Positions 26,001-41,000 of a stretch of DNA of 64,000 nt are shown here, piece after piece (the stretch's first letter is position 1; each line of letters begins with the position of its first letter). The translations under genes and the position numbers were made by a program. The notes below the pieces were generated by a model. The model was not told the DNA's origin, searched no databases, and saw only the letters and a list, made by a program, of their open reading frames with translations. Location: NCBI RefSeq assembly GCF_009914755.1, contig NC_060934.1; one strand, written 5' to 3'. The DNA comes from the human T2T-CHM13v2.0 reference genome, Homo sapiens.

Positions 26001-29000
26001 CAAGTGGAGATTTCAAGCGATTTGACGCCAATCTTAGACATGGAAATATCTTCATATTAAAAGTACACAGAGTCATTCGTAGAAACTAGTTTGTGATGTG
26101 TGCCTTCAACTCACAGAGTTTAACCTTTCTTTTCATAGAGCAGTTTGGAAACACTCTATTTGTAAAGTCTGCAAGTGGATATTTGGACCTCTTTGAGGCC
26201 TTCGTTGGAAACGGGATTTCTTCATACAACGCTAGACAGAAGAATTCTCAGTAACTTCTTTGTGTTGTGTGTATTCAACTCACAGAGTTGAACCTTTCTT
26301 TAGAGAGAGCAGAGTTGAAACACTCTGTTTTTGGAATTTGCAACTGCAGATTTCAAGCGATTCTAGGCCTATGGCAGAAAAGGAAATATCTTCGTATAAA
26401 AACTACACAGAATCATTCTCAACAACTACTTTGTGATGTGTGCGTTCAACTCACAGAGTTTAACCTTTCTTTTCATAGAGCAGTTTGGAAACACTCTGTT
26501 TGTAAAGCCTGCAAGTGCTTTTTTGGACTTCATTGAGGCCTTCGTTGGAAACGGGATTTCTTCATATAATGCTAGACAGAAGAATTCTCAGTCACTTCTT
26601 TGTGTTGTGTGTATTCAAGTCACAGAGTTGAACCTTCCTTTAGACAGAGCAGTTTTGAAAAATTCTTTCTGTGTAATTTGCAAGTGGAGATTTCAAGCGA
26701 TTTGAGGCTAATCTTTGAAATGGAAATATCTTCGTGTAAAAACTACACAGAATCATTCTCAGAAACTGCTTTGTCATCTGTGCGTTCAGTTCACAGAGTT
26801 TCACCTTTCTCTTCATAGAGCAGTTTGGAAAGACTCTGTCTGTAAAGTCTGCAAGTGATTAGTTAGACGGCTTTGAGGCCTTCGTTGGAAGCGGGATTTC
26901 TCATTTACTGCTAGACAGAAGAATTCTCAGTAAATCCTTTGTGTTGTGTGTATTCAACTCACAGAGTGGAACCTTCCTTTATTCAGAGCAGTTTTGAAAC
27001 ACTCTTTTTGTGGAATTTGCAAGTGGAGATTTCAAGCGATTTGACGCCAATCTTAGTCATGGAAATATCTTCATATTAAAAGTACACAGAGTCATTCGTA
27101 GAAACTAGTTTGTGATGTGTGCCTTCAACTCACAGAGTTTAACCTTTCTTTTCATAGAGCAGTTGGGAAACACTCTATTTGTAAAGTCTGCAAGTGGATA
27201 TTTGGACCTCTTTGAGGCCTTCGTTGGAAACGGGATTTCTTCATATAACGCTAGACAGAAGAATTCTCAGTAACTTCTTTGTGTTGTGTGTATTCAACTC
27301 ACAGAGTTGAACCTTTCTTTAGAGGGAGCAGAGGTGAAACACTCTTTTTGTGGAATTTGCTAGTGTAGATTTCAAACGCTTCGAAGACAGTGATAGAAAA
27401 GGATATATCTTCGTATTAAAAATAGACAAAATCATTCTCAGAAAACTCTTTGTGATGTGTGTGTTCAACTCACAGAGTTTAACCTTTCTTTAATCGAGCA
27501 GTTTGGAAATACACTCTTTGTAAGTCTGCAGGTGGATATTTGGCCCTCTTTGAGCCCTTCGTTGGAAACGGGATTTCCTCATATAATGCTAGACAGAAGA
27601 ATTCTCAGTAACTTCTTTGTGTTGTTTGTATTCAACACACAGATTTGAACCTTCCTTTAGAGAGAGCAGATTTGAAACACTCTGTTTTTGGAATTTGCAA
27701 GTGCAGATTTCAAGCGCTTCTAGGCCTATGGCAGAAAAGGAAATATCTTCGTATAAAAACTACACAGAATCATTCTCAACAACTACTTTGTGATGTGTGC
27801 GTTCAACTCACAGAGTTTAACCTTTCTTTTCATAGAGCAGTTTGGAAACACTCTGTTTGTAAAGCCTGCAAGTGCTTTTTTGGACTTCATTGAGGCCTTC
27901 GTTGGAAACGGGATTTCTTCATATAATGCTAGACAGAAGAATTCTCAGTCACTTCTTTGTGTTGTGTGTATTCAAGTCACAGAGTTGAGCCTTCCTTTAG
28001 ACAGAGCAGTTTTGAAAAATTCTTTCTGTGGAGTTTGCAAGTGGAGATTTCAAGCGATTTGAGGCTAATCTTTGAAATGGAAATATCTTCGTGTAAAAAC
28101 TACACAGAATCATTCTCAGAAACTGCTTTGTCATCTGTGCGTTCAGTTCACAGAGTTTCACCTTTCTCTTCATAGAGCAGTTTGGAAAGACTCTGTCTGT
28201 AAAGTCTGCAAGTGATTAGTTAGACCCCTTTGAGGCCTTCGTTGGAAGCGGGATTTCTCATTTACTGCTAGACAGAAGAATTCTCAGTAAATCCTTTGTG
28301 TTGTGTGTATTCAACTCACAGAGTGGAACCTTCCTTTATTCAGAGCAGTTTTGAAAAACACTTTTTGTGGAATTTGCAAGTGGAGATTTCAAGCGATTTG
28401 ACGCCAATCTTAGACATGGAAATATCTTCATATTAAAAGTACACAGAGTCATTCGTAGAAACTAGTTTGTGATGTGTGCCTTCAACTCACAGAGTTTAAC
28501 CTTTCTTTTCATAGAGCAGTTTGGAAACACTCTATTTGTAAAGTCTGCAAGTGGATATTTGGACCTCTTTGAGGCCTTCGTTGGAAACGGGATTTCTTCA
28601 TACAACGCTAGACAGAAGAATTCTCAGTAACTTCTTTGTGTTGTGTGTATTCAACTCACAGAGTTGAACCTTTCTTTAGAGAGAGCAGAGTTGAAACACT
28701 CTGTTTTTGGAATTTGCAACTGCAGATTTCAAGCGATTCTAGGCCTATGGCAGAAAAGGAAATATCTTCGTATAAAAAGTACACAGAATCATTCTCAACA
28801 ACTACTTTGTGATGTGTGCGTTCAACTCACAGAGTTTAACCTTTCTTTTCATAGAGCAGTTTGGAAACACTCTGTTTGTAAAGCCTGCAAGTGCTTTTTT
28901 GGACTTCATTGAGGCCTTCGTTGGAAACGGGATTTCTTCATATAATGCTAGACAGAAGAATTCTCAGTCACTTCTTTGTGTTGTGTGTATTCAAGTCACA

Positions 29001-32000
29001 GAGTTGAACCTTCCTTTAGACAGAGCAGTTTTGAAAAATTCTTTCTGTGTAATTTGCAAGTGGAGATTTCAAGCGATTTGAGGCTAATCTTTGAAATGGA
29101 AATATCTTCGTGTAAAAACTACACAGAATCATTCTCAGAAACTGCTTTGTCATCTGTGCGTTCAGTTCACAGAGTTTCACCTTTCTCTTCATAGAGCAGT
29201 TTGGAAAGACTCTGTCTGTAAAGTCTGCAAGTGATTAGTTAGACCCCTTTGAGGCCTTCGTTGGAAGCGGGATTTCTCATTTACTGCTAGACAGAAGAAT
29301 TCTCAGTAAATCCTTTGTGTTGTGTGTATTCAACTCACAGAGTGGAACCTTCCTTTATTCAGAGCAGTTTTGAAACACTCTTTTTGTGGAATTTGCAAGT
29401 GGAGATTTCAAGCGATTTGACGCCAATCTTAGACATGGAAATATCTTCATATTAAAAGTACACAGAGTCATTCGTAGAAACTAGTTTGTGATGTGTGCCT
29501 TCAACTCACAGAGTTTAACCTTTCTTTTCATAGAGCAGTTGGGAAACACTCTATTTGTAAAGTCTGCAAGTGGATATTTGGACCTCTTTGAGGCCTTCGT
29601 TGGAAACGGGATTTCTTCATATAACGCTAGACAGAAGAATTCTCAGTAACTTCTTTGTGTTGTGTGTATTCAACTCACAGAGTTGAACCTTTCTTTAGAG
29701 GGAGCAGAGGTGAAACACTCTTTTTGTGGAATTTGCTAGTGTAGATTTCAAACGCTTCGAAGACAGTGATAGAAAAGGATATATCTTCGTATTAAAAGTA
29801 GACAAAATCATTCTCAGAAAACTCTTTGTGATGTGTGTGTTCAACTCACAGAGTTTAACCTTTCTTTAATCGAGCAGTTTGGAAATTCACTCTTTGTAAG
29901 TCTGCAGGTGGATATTTGGCCCTCTTTGAGCCCTTCGTTGGAAACGGGATTTCCTCATATAATGCTAGACAGAAGAATTCTCAGTAACTTCTTTGTGTTG
30001 TTTGTATTCAACACACAGATTTGAACCTTCCTTTAGAGAGAGCAGATTTGAAACACTCTGTTTTTGGAATTTGCAAGTGCAGATTTCAAGCGCTTCTAGG
30101 CCTATGGCAGAAAAGGAAATATCTTCGTATAAAAACTACACAGAATCATTCTCAACAACTACTTTGTGATGTGTGCGTTCAACTCACAGAGTTTAACCTT
30201 TCTTTTCATAGAGCAGTTTGGAAACACTCTGTTTGTAAAGCCTGCAAGTGCTTTTTTGGACTTCATTGAGGCCTTCGTTGGAAACGGGATTTCTTCATAT
30301 AATGCTAGACAGAAGAATTCTCAGTCACTTCTTTGTGTTGTGTGTATTCAAGTCACAGAGTTGAACCTTCCTTTAGACAGAGCAGTTTTGAAAAATTCTT
30401 TCTGTGGAGTTTGCAAGTGGAGATTTCAAGCGATTTGAGGCTAATCTTTGAAATGGAAATATCTTCGTGTAAAAACTACACAGAATCATTCTCAGAAACT
30501 GCTTTGTCATCTGTGCGTTCAGTTCACAGAGTTTCACCTTTCTCTTCATAGAGCAGTTTGGAAAGACTCTGTCTGTAAAGTCTGCAAGTGATTAGTTAGA
30601 CCCCTTTGAGGCCTTCGTTGGAAGCGGGATTTCTCATTTACTGCTAGACAGAAGAATTCTCAGTAAATCCTTTGTGTTGTGTGTATTCAACTCACAGAGT
30701 GGAACCTTCCTTTATTCAGAGCAGTTTTGAAAAACACTTTTTGTGGAATTTGCAAGTGGAGATTTCAAGCGATTTGACGCCAATCTTAGACATGGAAATA
30801 TCTTCATATTAAAAGTACACAGAGTCATTCGTAGAAACTAGTTTGTGATGTGTGCCTTCAACTCACAGAGTTTAACCTTTCTTTTCATAGAGCAGTTTGG
30901 AAACACTCTATTTGTAAAGTCTGCAAGTGGATATTTGGACCTCTTTGAGGCCTTCGTTGGAAACGGGATTTCTTCATACAACGCTAGACAGAAGAATTCT
31001 CAGTAACTTCTTTGTGTTGTGTGTATTCAACTCACAGAGTTGAACCTTTCTTTAGAGAGAGCAGAGTTGAAACACTCTGTTTTTGGAATTTGCAACTGCA
31101 GATTTCAAGCGATTCTAGGCCTATGGCAGAAAAGGAAATATCTTCGTATAAAAAGTACACAGAATCATTCTCAACAACTACTTTGTGATGTGTGCGTTCA
31201 ACTCACAGAGTTTAACCTTTCTTTTCATAGAGCAGTTTGGAAACACTCTGTTTGTAAAGCCTGCAAGTGCTTTTTTGGACTTCATTGAGGCCTTCGTTGG
31301 AAACGGGATTTCTTCATATAATGCTAGACAGAAGAATTCTCAGTCACTTCTTTGTGTTGTGTGTATTCAAGTCACAGAGTTGAACCTTCCTTTAGACAGA
31401 GCAGTTTTGAAAAATTCTTTCTGTGTAATTTGCAAGTGGAGATTTCAAGCGATTTGAGGCTAATCTTTGAAATGGAAATATCTTCGTGTAAAAACTACAC
31501 AGAATCATTCTCAGAAACTGCTTTGTCATCTGTGCGTTCAGTTCACAGAGTTTCACCTTTCTCTTCATAGAGCAGTTTGGAAAGACTCTGTCTGTAAAGT
31601 CTGCAAGTGATTAGTTAGACCCCTTTGAGGCCTTCGTTGGAAGCGGGATTTCTCATTTACTGCTAGACAGAAGAATTCTCAGTAAATCCTTTGTGTTGTG
31701 TGTATTCAACTCACAGAGTGGAACCTTCCTTTATTCAGAGCACTTTTGAAACACTCTTTTTGTGGAATTTGCAAGTGGAGATTTCAAGCGATTTGACGCC
31801 AATCTTAGACATGGAAATATCTTCATATTAAAAGTACACAGAGTCATTCGTAGAAACTAGTTTGTGATGTGTGCCTTCAACTCACAGAGTTTAACCTTTC
31901 TTTTCATAGAGCAGTTGGGAAACACTCTATTTGTAAAGTCTGCAAGTGGATATTTGGACCTCTTTGAGGCCTTCGTTGGAAACGGGATTTCTTCATATAA

Positions 32001-35000
32001 CGCTAGACAGAAGAATTCTCAGTAACTTCTTTGTGTTGTGTGTATTCAACTCACAGAGTTGAACCTTTCTTTAGAGGGAGCAGAGGTGAAACACTCTTTT
32101 TGTGGAATTTGCTAGTGTAGATTTCAAACGCTTCGAAGACAGTGATAGAAAAGGATATATCTTCGTATTAAAAGTAGACAAAATCATTCTCAGAAAACTC
32201 TTTGTGATGTGTGTGTTCAACTCACAGAGTTTAACCTTTCTTTAATCGAGCAGTTTGGAAATTCACTCTTTGTAAGTCTGCAGGTGGATATTTGGCCCTC
32301 TTTGAGCCCTTCGTTGGAAACGGGATTTCCTCATATAATGCTAGACAGAAGAATTCTCAGTAACTTCTTTGTGTTGTTTGTATTCAACACACAGATTTGA
32401 ACCTTCCTTTAGAGAGAGCAGATTTGAAACACTCTGTTTTTGGAATTTGCAAGTGCAGATTTCAAGCGCTTCTAGGCCTATGGCAGAAAAGGAAATATCT
32501 TCGTATAAAAACTACACAGAATCATTCTCAACAACTACTTTGTGATGTGTGCGTTCAACTCACAGAGTTTAACCTTTCTTTTCATAGAGCAGTTTGGAAA
32601 CACTCTGTTTGTAAAGCCTGCAAGTGCTTTTTTGGACTTCATTGAGGCCTTCGTTGGAAACGGGATTTCTTCATATAATGCTAGACAGAAGAATTCTCAG
32701 TCACTTCTTTGTGTTGTGTGTATTCAAGTCACAGAGTTGAACCTTCCTTTAGACAGAGCAGTTTTGAAAAATTCTTTCTGTGGAGTTTGCAAGTGGAGAT
32801 TTCAAGCGATTTGAGGCTAATCTTTGAAATGGAAATATCTTCGTGTAAAAACTACACAGAATCATTCTCAGAAACTGCTTTGTCATCTGTGCGTTCAGTT
32901 CACAGAGTTTCACCTTTCTCTTCATAGAGCAGTTTGGAAAGACTCTGTCTGTAAAGTCTGCAAGTGATTAGTTAGACCCCTTTGAGGCCTTCGTTGGAAG
33001 CGGGATTTCTCATTTACTGCTAGACAGAAGAATTCTCAGTAAATCCTTTGTGTTGTGTGTATTCAACTCACAGAGTGGAACCTTCCTTTATTCAGAGCAG
33101 TTTTGAAAAACACTTTTTGTGGAATTTGCAAGTGGAGATTTCAAGCGATTTGACGCCAATCTTAGACATGGAAATATCTTCATATTAAAAGTACACAGAG
33201 TCATTCGTAGAAACTAGTTTGTGATGTGTGCCTTCAACTCACAGAGTTTAACCTTTCTTTTCATAGAGCAGTTTGGAAACACTCTATTTGTAAAGTCTGC
33301 AAGTGGATATTTGGACCTCTTTGAGGCCTTCGTTGGAAACGGGATTTCTTCATACAACGCTAGACAGAAGAATTCTCAGTAACTTCTTTGTGTTGTGTGT
33401 ATTCAACTCACAGAGTTGAACCTTTCTTTAGAGAGAGCAGAGTTGAAACACTCTGTTTTTGGAATTTGCAACTGCAGATTTCAAGCGATTCTAGGCCTAT
33501 GGCAGAAAAGGAAATATCTTCGTATAAAAACTACACAGAATCATTCTCAACAACTACTTTGTGATGTGTGCGTTCAACTCACAGAGTTTAACCTTTCTTT
33601 TCATAGAGCAGTTTGGAAACACTCTGTTTGTAAAGCCTGCAAGTGCTTTTTTGGACTTCATTGAGGCCTTCGTTGGAAACGGGATTTCTTCATATAATGC
33701 TAGACAGAAGAATTCTCAGTCACTTCTTTGTGTTGTGTGTATTCAAGTCACAGAGTTGAACCTTCCTTTAGACAGAGCAGTTTTGAAAAATTCTTTCTGT
33801 GTAATTTGCAAGTGGAGATTTCAAGCGATTTGAGGCTAATCTTTGAAATGGAAATATCTTCGTGTAAAAACTACACAGAATCATTCTCAGAAACTGCTTT
33901 GTCATCTGTGCGTTCAGTTCACAGAGTTTCACCTTTCTCTTCATAGAGCAGTTTGGAAAGACTCTGTCTGTAAAGTCTGCAAGTGATTAGTTAGACCCCT
34001 TTGAGGCCTTCGTTGGAAGCGGGATTTCTCATTTACTGCTAGACAGAAGAATTCTCAGTAAATCCTTTGTGTTGTGTGTATTCAACTCACAGAGTGGAAC
34101 CTTCCTTTATTCAGAGCACTTTTGAAACACTCTTTTTGTGGAATTTGCAAGTGGAGATTTCAAGCGATTTGACGCCAATCTTAGACATGGAAATGTCTTC
34201 ATATTAAAAGTACACAGAGTCATTCGTAGAAACTAGTTTGTGATGTGTGCCTTCAACTCACAGAGTTTAACCTTTCTTTTCATAGAGCAGTTGGGAAACA
34301 CTCTATTTGTAAAGTCTGCAAGTGGATATTTGGACCTCTTTGAGGCCTTCGTTGGAAACGGGATTTCTTCATATAACGCTAGACAGAAGAATTCTCAGTA
34401 ACTTCTTTGTGTTGTGTGTATTCAACTCACAGAGTTGAACCTTTCTTTAGAGGGAGCAGAGGTGAAACACTCTTTTTGTGGAATTTGCTAGTGTAGATTT
34501 CAAACGCTTCGAAGACAGTGATAGAAAAGGATATATCTTCGTATTAAAAGTAGACAAAATCATTCTCAGAAAACTCTTTGTGATGTGTGTGTTCAACTCA
34601 CAGAGTTTAACCTTTCTTTAATCGAGCAGTTTGGAAATACACTCTTTGTAAGTCTGCAGGTGGATATTTGGCCCTCTTTGAGCCCTTCGTAGGAAACGGG
34701 ATTTCCTCATATAATGCTAGACAGAAGAATTCTCAGTAACTTCTTTGTGTTGTTTGTATTCAACACACAGATTTGAACCTTCCTTTAGAGAGAGCAGATT
34801 TGAAACACTCTGTTTTTGGAATTTGCAAGTGCAGATTTCAAGCGCTTCTAGGCCTATGGCAGAAAAGGAAATATCTTCGTATAAAAACTACACAGAATCA
34901 TTCTCAACAACTACTTTGTGATGTGTGCGTTCAACTCACAGAGTTTAACCTTTCTTTTCATAGAGCAGTTTGGAAACACTCTGTTTGTAAAGCCTGCAAG

Positions 35001-38000
35001 TGCTTTTTTGGACTTCATTGAGGCCTTCGTTGGAAACGGGATTTCTTCATATAATGCTAGACAGAAGAATTCTCAGTCACTTCTTTGTGTTGTGTGTATT
35101 CAAGTCACAGAGTTGAGCCTTCCTTTAGACAGAGCAGTTTTGAAAAATTCTTTCTGTGGAGTTTGCAAGTGGAGATTTCAAGCGATTTGAGGCTAATCTT
35201 TGAAATGGAAATATCTTCGTGTAAAAACTACACAGAATCATTCTCAGAAACTGCTTTGTCATCTGTGCGTTCAGTTCACAGAGTTTCACCTTTCTCTTCA
35301 TAGAGCAGTTTGGAAAGACTCTGTCTGTAAAGTCTGCAAGTGATTAGTTAGACCCCTTTGAGGCCTTCGTTGGAAGCGGGATTTCTCATTTACTGCTAGA
35401 CAGAAGAATTCTCAGTAAATCCTTTGTGTTGTGTGTATTCAACTCACAGAGTGGAACCTTCCTTTATTCAGAGCAGTTTTGAAAAACACTTTTTGTGGAA
35501 TTTGCAAGTGGAGATTTCAAGCGATTTGACGCCAATCTTAGACATGGAAATATCTTCATATTAAAAGTACACAGAGTCATTCGTAGAAACTAGTTTGTGA
35601 TGTGTGCCTTCAACTCACAGAGTTTAACCTTTCTTTTCATAGAGCAGTTTGGAAACACTCTATTTGTAAAGTCTGCAAGTGGATATTTGGACCTCTTTGA
35701 GGCCTTCGTTGGAAACGGGATTTCTTCATACAACGCTAGACAGAAGAATTCTCAGTAACTTCTTTGTGTTGTGTGTATTCAACTCACAGAGTTGAACCTT
35801 TCTTTAGAGAGAGCAGAGTTGAAACACTCTGTTTTTGGAATTTGCAACTGCAGATTTCAAGCGATTCTAGGCCTATGGCAGAAAAGGAAATATCTTCGTA
35901 TAAAAACTACACAGAATCATTCTCAACAACTACTTTGTGATGTGTGCGTTCAACTCACAGAGTTTAACCTTTCTTTTCATAGAGCAGTTTGGAAACACTC
36001 TGTTTGTAAAGCCTGCAAGTGCTTTTTTGGACTTCATTGAGGCCTTCGTTGGAAACGGGATTTCTTCATATAATGCTAGACAGAAGAATTCTCAGTCACT
36101 TCTTTGTGTTGTGTGTATTCAAGTCACAGAGTTGAACCTTCCTTTAGACAGAGCAGTATTGAAAAATTCTTTCTGTGGAGTTTGCAAGTGGAGATTTCAA
36201 GCGATTTGAGGCTAATCTTTGAAATGGAAATATCTTCGTGTAAAAACTACACAGAATCATTCTCAGAAACTGCTTTGTCATCTGTGCGTTCAGTTCACAG
36301 AGTTTCACCTTTCTCTTCATAGAGCAGTTTGGAAAGACTCTGTCTGTAAAGTCTGCAAGTGATTAGTTAGACCCCTTTGAGGCCTTCGTTGGAAGCGGGA
36401 TTTCTCATTTACTGCTAGACAGAAGAATTCTCAGTAAATCCTTTGTGTTGTGTGTATTCAACTCACAGAGTGGAACCTTCCTTTATTCAGAGCAGTTTTG
36501 AAAAACACTTTTTGTGGAATTTGCAAGTGGAGATTTCAAGCGATTTGACGCCAATCTTAGACATGGAAATATCTTCATATTAAAAGTACACAGAGTCATT
36601 CGTAGAAACTAGTTTGTGATGTGTGCCTTCAACTCACAGAGTTTAACCTTTCTTTTCATAGAGCAGTTTGGAAACACTCTATTTGTAAAGTCTGCAAGTG
36701 GATATTTGGACCTCTTTGAGGCCTTCGTTGGAAACGGGATTTCTTCATACAACGCTAGACAGAAGAATTCTCAGTAACTTCTTTGTGTTGTGTGTATTCA
36801 ACTCACAGAGTTGAACCTTTCTTTAGAGAGAGCAGAGTTGAAACACTCTGTTTTTGGAATTTGCAACTGCAGATTTCAAGCGATTCTAGGCCTATGGCAG
36901 AAAAGGAAATATCTTCGTATAAAAACTACACAGAATCATTCTCAACAACTACTTTGTGATGTGTGCGTTCAACTCACAGAGTTTAACCTTTCTTTTCATA
37001 GAGCAGTTTGGAAACACTCTGTTTGTAAAGCCTGCAAGTGCTTTTTTGGACTTCATTGAGGCCTTCGTTGGAAACGGGATTTCTTCATATAATGCTAGAC
37101 AGAAGAATTCTCAGTCACTTCTTTGTGTTGTGTGTATTCAAGTCACAGAGTTGAACCTTCCTTTAGACAGAGCAGTTTTGAAAAATTCTTTCTGTGGAGT
37201 TTGCAAGTGGAGATTTCAAGCGATTTGAGGCTAATCTTTGAAATGGAAATATCTTCGTGTAAAAACTACACAGAATCATTCTCAGAAACTGCTTTGTCAT
37301 CTGTGCGTTCAGTTCACAGAGTTTCACCTTTCTCTTCATAGAGCAGTTTGGAAAGACTCTGTCTGTAAAGTCTGCAAGTGATTAGTTAGACCCCTTTGAG
37401 GCCTTCGTTGGAAGCGGGATTTCTCATTTACTGCTAGACAGAAGAATTCTCAGTAAATCCTTTGTGTTGTGTGTATTCAACTCACAGAGTGGAACCTTCC
37501 TTTATTCAGAGCAGTTTTGAAAAACACTTTTTGTGGAATTTGCAAGTGGAGATTTCAAGCGATTTGACGCCAATCTTAGACATGGAAATATCTTCATATT
37601 AAAAGTACACAGAGTCATTCGTAGAAACTAGTTTGTGATGTGTGCCTTCAACTCACAGAGTTTAACCTTTCTTTTCATAGAGCAGTTTGGAAACACTCTA
37701 TTTGTAAAGTCTGCAAGTGGATATTTGGACCTCTTTGAGGCCTTCGTTGGAAACGGGATTTCTTCATACAACGCTAGACAGAAGAATTCTCAGTAACTTC
37801 TTTGTGTTGTGTGTATTCAACTCACAGAGTTGAACCTTTCTTTAGAGAGAGCAGAGTTGAAACACTCTGTTTTTGGAATTTGCAACTGCAGATTTCAAGC
37901 GATTCTAGGCCTATGGCAGAAAAGGAAATATCTTCGTATAAAAACTACACAGAATCATTCTCAACAACTACTTTGTGATGTGTGCGTTCAACTCACAGAG

Positions 38001-41000
38001 TTTAACCTTTCTTTTCATAGAGCAGTTTGGAAACACTCTGTTTGTAAAGCCTGCAAGTGCTTTTTTGGACTTCATTGAGGCCTTCGTTGGAAACGGGATT
38101 TCTTCATATAATGCTAGACAGAAGAATTCTCAGTCACTTCTTTGTGTTGTGTGTATTCAAGTCACAGAGTTGAACCTTCCTTTAGACAGAGCAGTTTTGA
38201 AAAATTCTTTCTGTGTAATTTGCAAGTGGAGATTTCAAGCGATTTGAGGCTAATCTTTGAAATGGAAATATCTTCGTGTAAAAACTACACAGAATCATTC
38301 TCAGAAACTGCTTTGTCATCTGTGCGTTCAGTTCACAGAGTTTCACCTTTCTCTTCATAGAGCAGTTTGGAAAGACTCTGTCTGTAAAGTCTGCAAGTGA
38401 TTAGTTAGACCCCTTTGAGGCCTTCGTTGGAAGCGGGATTTCTCATTTACTGCTAGACAGAAGAATTCTCAGTAAATCCTTTGTGTTGTGTGTATTCAAC
38501 TCACAGAGTGGAACCTTCCTTTATTCAGAGCACTTTTGAAACACTCTTTTTGTGGAATTTGCAAGTGGAGATTTCAAGCGATTTGACGCCAATCTTAGAC
38601 ATGGAAATGTCTTCATATTAAAAGTACACAGAGTCATTCGTAGAAACTAGTTTGTGATGTGTGCCTTCAACTCACAGAGTTTAACCTTTCTTTTCATAGA
38701 GCAGTTGGGAAACACTCTATTTGTAAAGTCTGCAAGTGGATATTTGGACCTCTTTGAGGCCTTCGTTGGAAACGGGATTTCTTCATATAACGCTAGACAG
38801 AAGAATTCTCAGTAACTTCTTTGTGTTGTGTGTATTCAACTCACAGAGTTGAACCTTTCTTTAGAGGGAGCAGAGGTGAAACACTCTTTTTGTGGAATTT
38901 GCTAGTGTAGATTTCAAACGCTTCGAAGACAGTGATAGAAAAGGATATATCTTCGTATTAAAAGTAGACAAAATCATTCTCAGAAAACTCTTTGTGATGT
39001 GTGTGTTCAACTCACAGAGTTTAACCTTTCTTTAATCGAGCAGTTTGGAAATACACTCTTTGTAAGTCTGCAGGTGGATATTTGGCCCTCTTTGAGCCCT
39101 TCGTAGGAAACGGGATTTCCTCATATAATGCTAGACAGAAGAATTCTCAGTAACTTCTTTGTGTTGTTTGTATTCAACACACAGATTTGAACCTTCCTTT
39201 AGAGAGAGCAGATTTGAAACACTCTGTTTTTGGAATTTGCAAGTGCAGATTTCAAGCGCTTCTAGGCCTATGGCAGAAAAGGAAATATCTTCGTATAAAA
39301 ACTACACAGAATCATTCTCAACAACTACTTTGTGATGTGTGCGTTCAACTCACAGAGTTTAACCTTTCTTTTCATAGAGCAGTTTGGAAACACTCTGTTT
39401 GTAAAGCCTGCAAGTGCTTTTTTGGACTTCATTGAGGCCTTCGTTGGAAACGGGATTTCTTCATATAATGCTAGACAGAAGAATTCTCAGTCACTTCTTT
39501 GTGTTGTGTGTATTCAAGTCACAGAGTTGAGCCTTCCTTTAGACAGAGCAGTTTTGAAAAATTCTTTCTGTGGAGTTTGCAAGTGGAGATTTCAAGCGAT
39601 TTGAGGCTAATCTTTGAAATGGAAATATCTTCGTGTAAAAACTACACAGAATCATTCTCAGAAACTGCTTTGTCATCTGTGCGTTCAGTTCACAGAGTTT
39701 CACCTTTCTCTTCATAGAGCAGTTTGGAAAGACTCTGTCTGTAAAGTCTGCAAGTGATTAGTTAGACCCCTTTGAGGCCTTCGTTGGAAGCGGGATTTCT
39801 CATTTACTGCTAGACAGAAGAATTCTCAGTAAATCCTTTGTGTTGTGTGTATTCAACTCACAGAGTGGAACCTTCCTTTATTCAGAGCAGTTTTGAAAAA
39901 CACTTTTTGTGGAATTTGCAAGTGGAGATTTCAAGCGATTTGACGCCAATCTTAGACATGGAAATATCTTCATATTAAAAGTACACAGAGTCATTCGTAG
40001 AAACTAGTTTGTGATGTGTGCCTTCAACTCACAGAGTTTAACCTTTCTTTTCATAGAGCAGTTTGGAAACACTCTATTTGTAAAGTCTGCAAGTGGATAT
40101 TTGGACCTCTTTGAGGCCTTCGTTGGAAACGGGATTTCTTCATACAACGCTAGACAGAAGAATTCTCAGTAACTTCTTTGTGTTGTGTGTATTCAACTCA
40201 CAGAGTTGAACCTTTCTTTAGAGAGAGCAGAGTTGAAACACTCTGTTTTTGGAATTTGCAACTGCAGATTTCAAGCGATTCTAGGCCTATGGCAGAAAAG
40301 GAAATATCTTCGTATAAAAACTACACAGAATCATTCTCAACAACTACTTTGTGATGTGTGCGTTCAACTCACAGAGTTTAACCTTTCTTTTCATAGAGCA
40401 GTTTGGAAACACTCTGTTTGTAAAGCCTGCAAGTGCTTTTTTGGACTTCATTGAGGCCTTCGTTGGAAACGGGATTTCTTCATATAATGCTAGACAGAAG
40501 AATTCTCAGTCACTTCTTTGTGTTGTGTGTATTCAAGTCACAGAGTTGAACCTTCCTTTAGACAGAGCAGTATTGAAAAATTCTTTCTGTGGAGTTTGCA
40601 AGTGGAGATTTCAAGCGATTTGAGGCTAATCTTTGAAATGGAAATATCTTCGTGTAAAAACTACACAGAATCATTCTCAGAAACTGCTTTGTCATCTGTG
40701 CGTTCAGTTCACAGAGTTTCACCTTTCTCTTCATAGAGCAGTTTGGAAAGACTCTGTCTGTAAAGTCTGCAAGTGATTAGTTAGACCCCTTTGAGGCCTT
40801 CGTTGGAAGCGGGATTTCTCATTTACTGCTAGACAGAAGAATTCTCAGTAAATCCTTTGTGTTGTGTGTATTCAACTCACAGAGTGGAACCTTCCTTTAT
40901 TCAGAGCAGTTTTGAAAAACACTTTTTGTGGAATTTGCAAGTGGAGATTTCAAGCGATTTGACGCCAATCTTAGACATGGAAATATCTTCATATTAAAAG

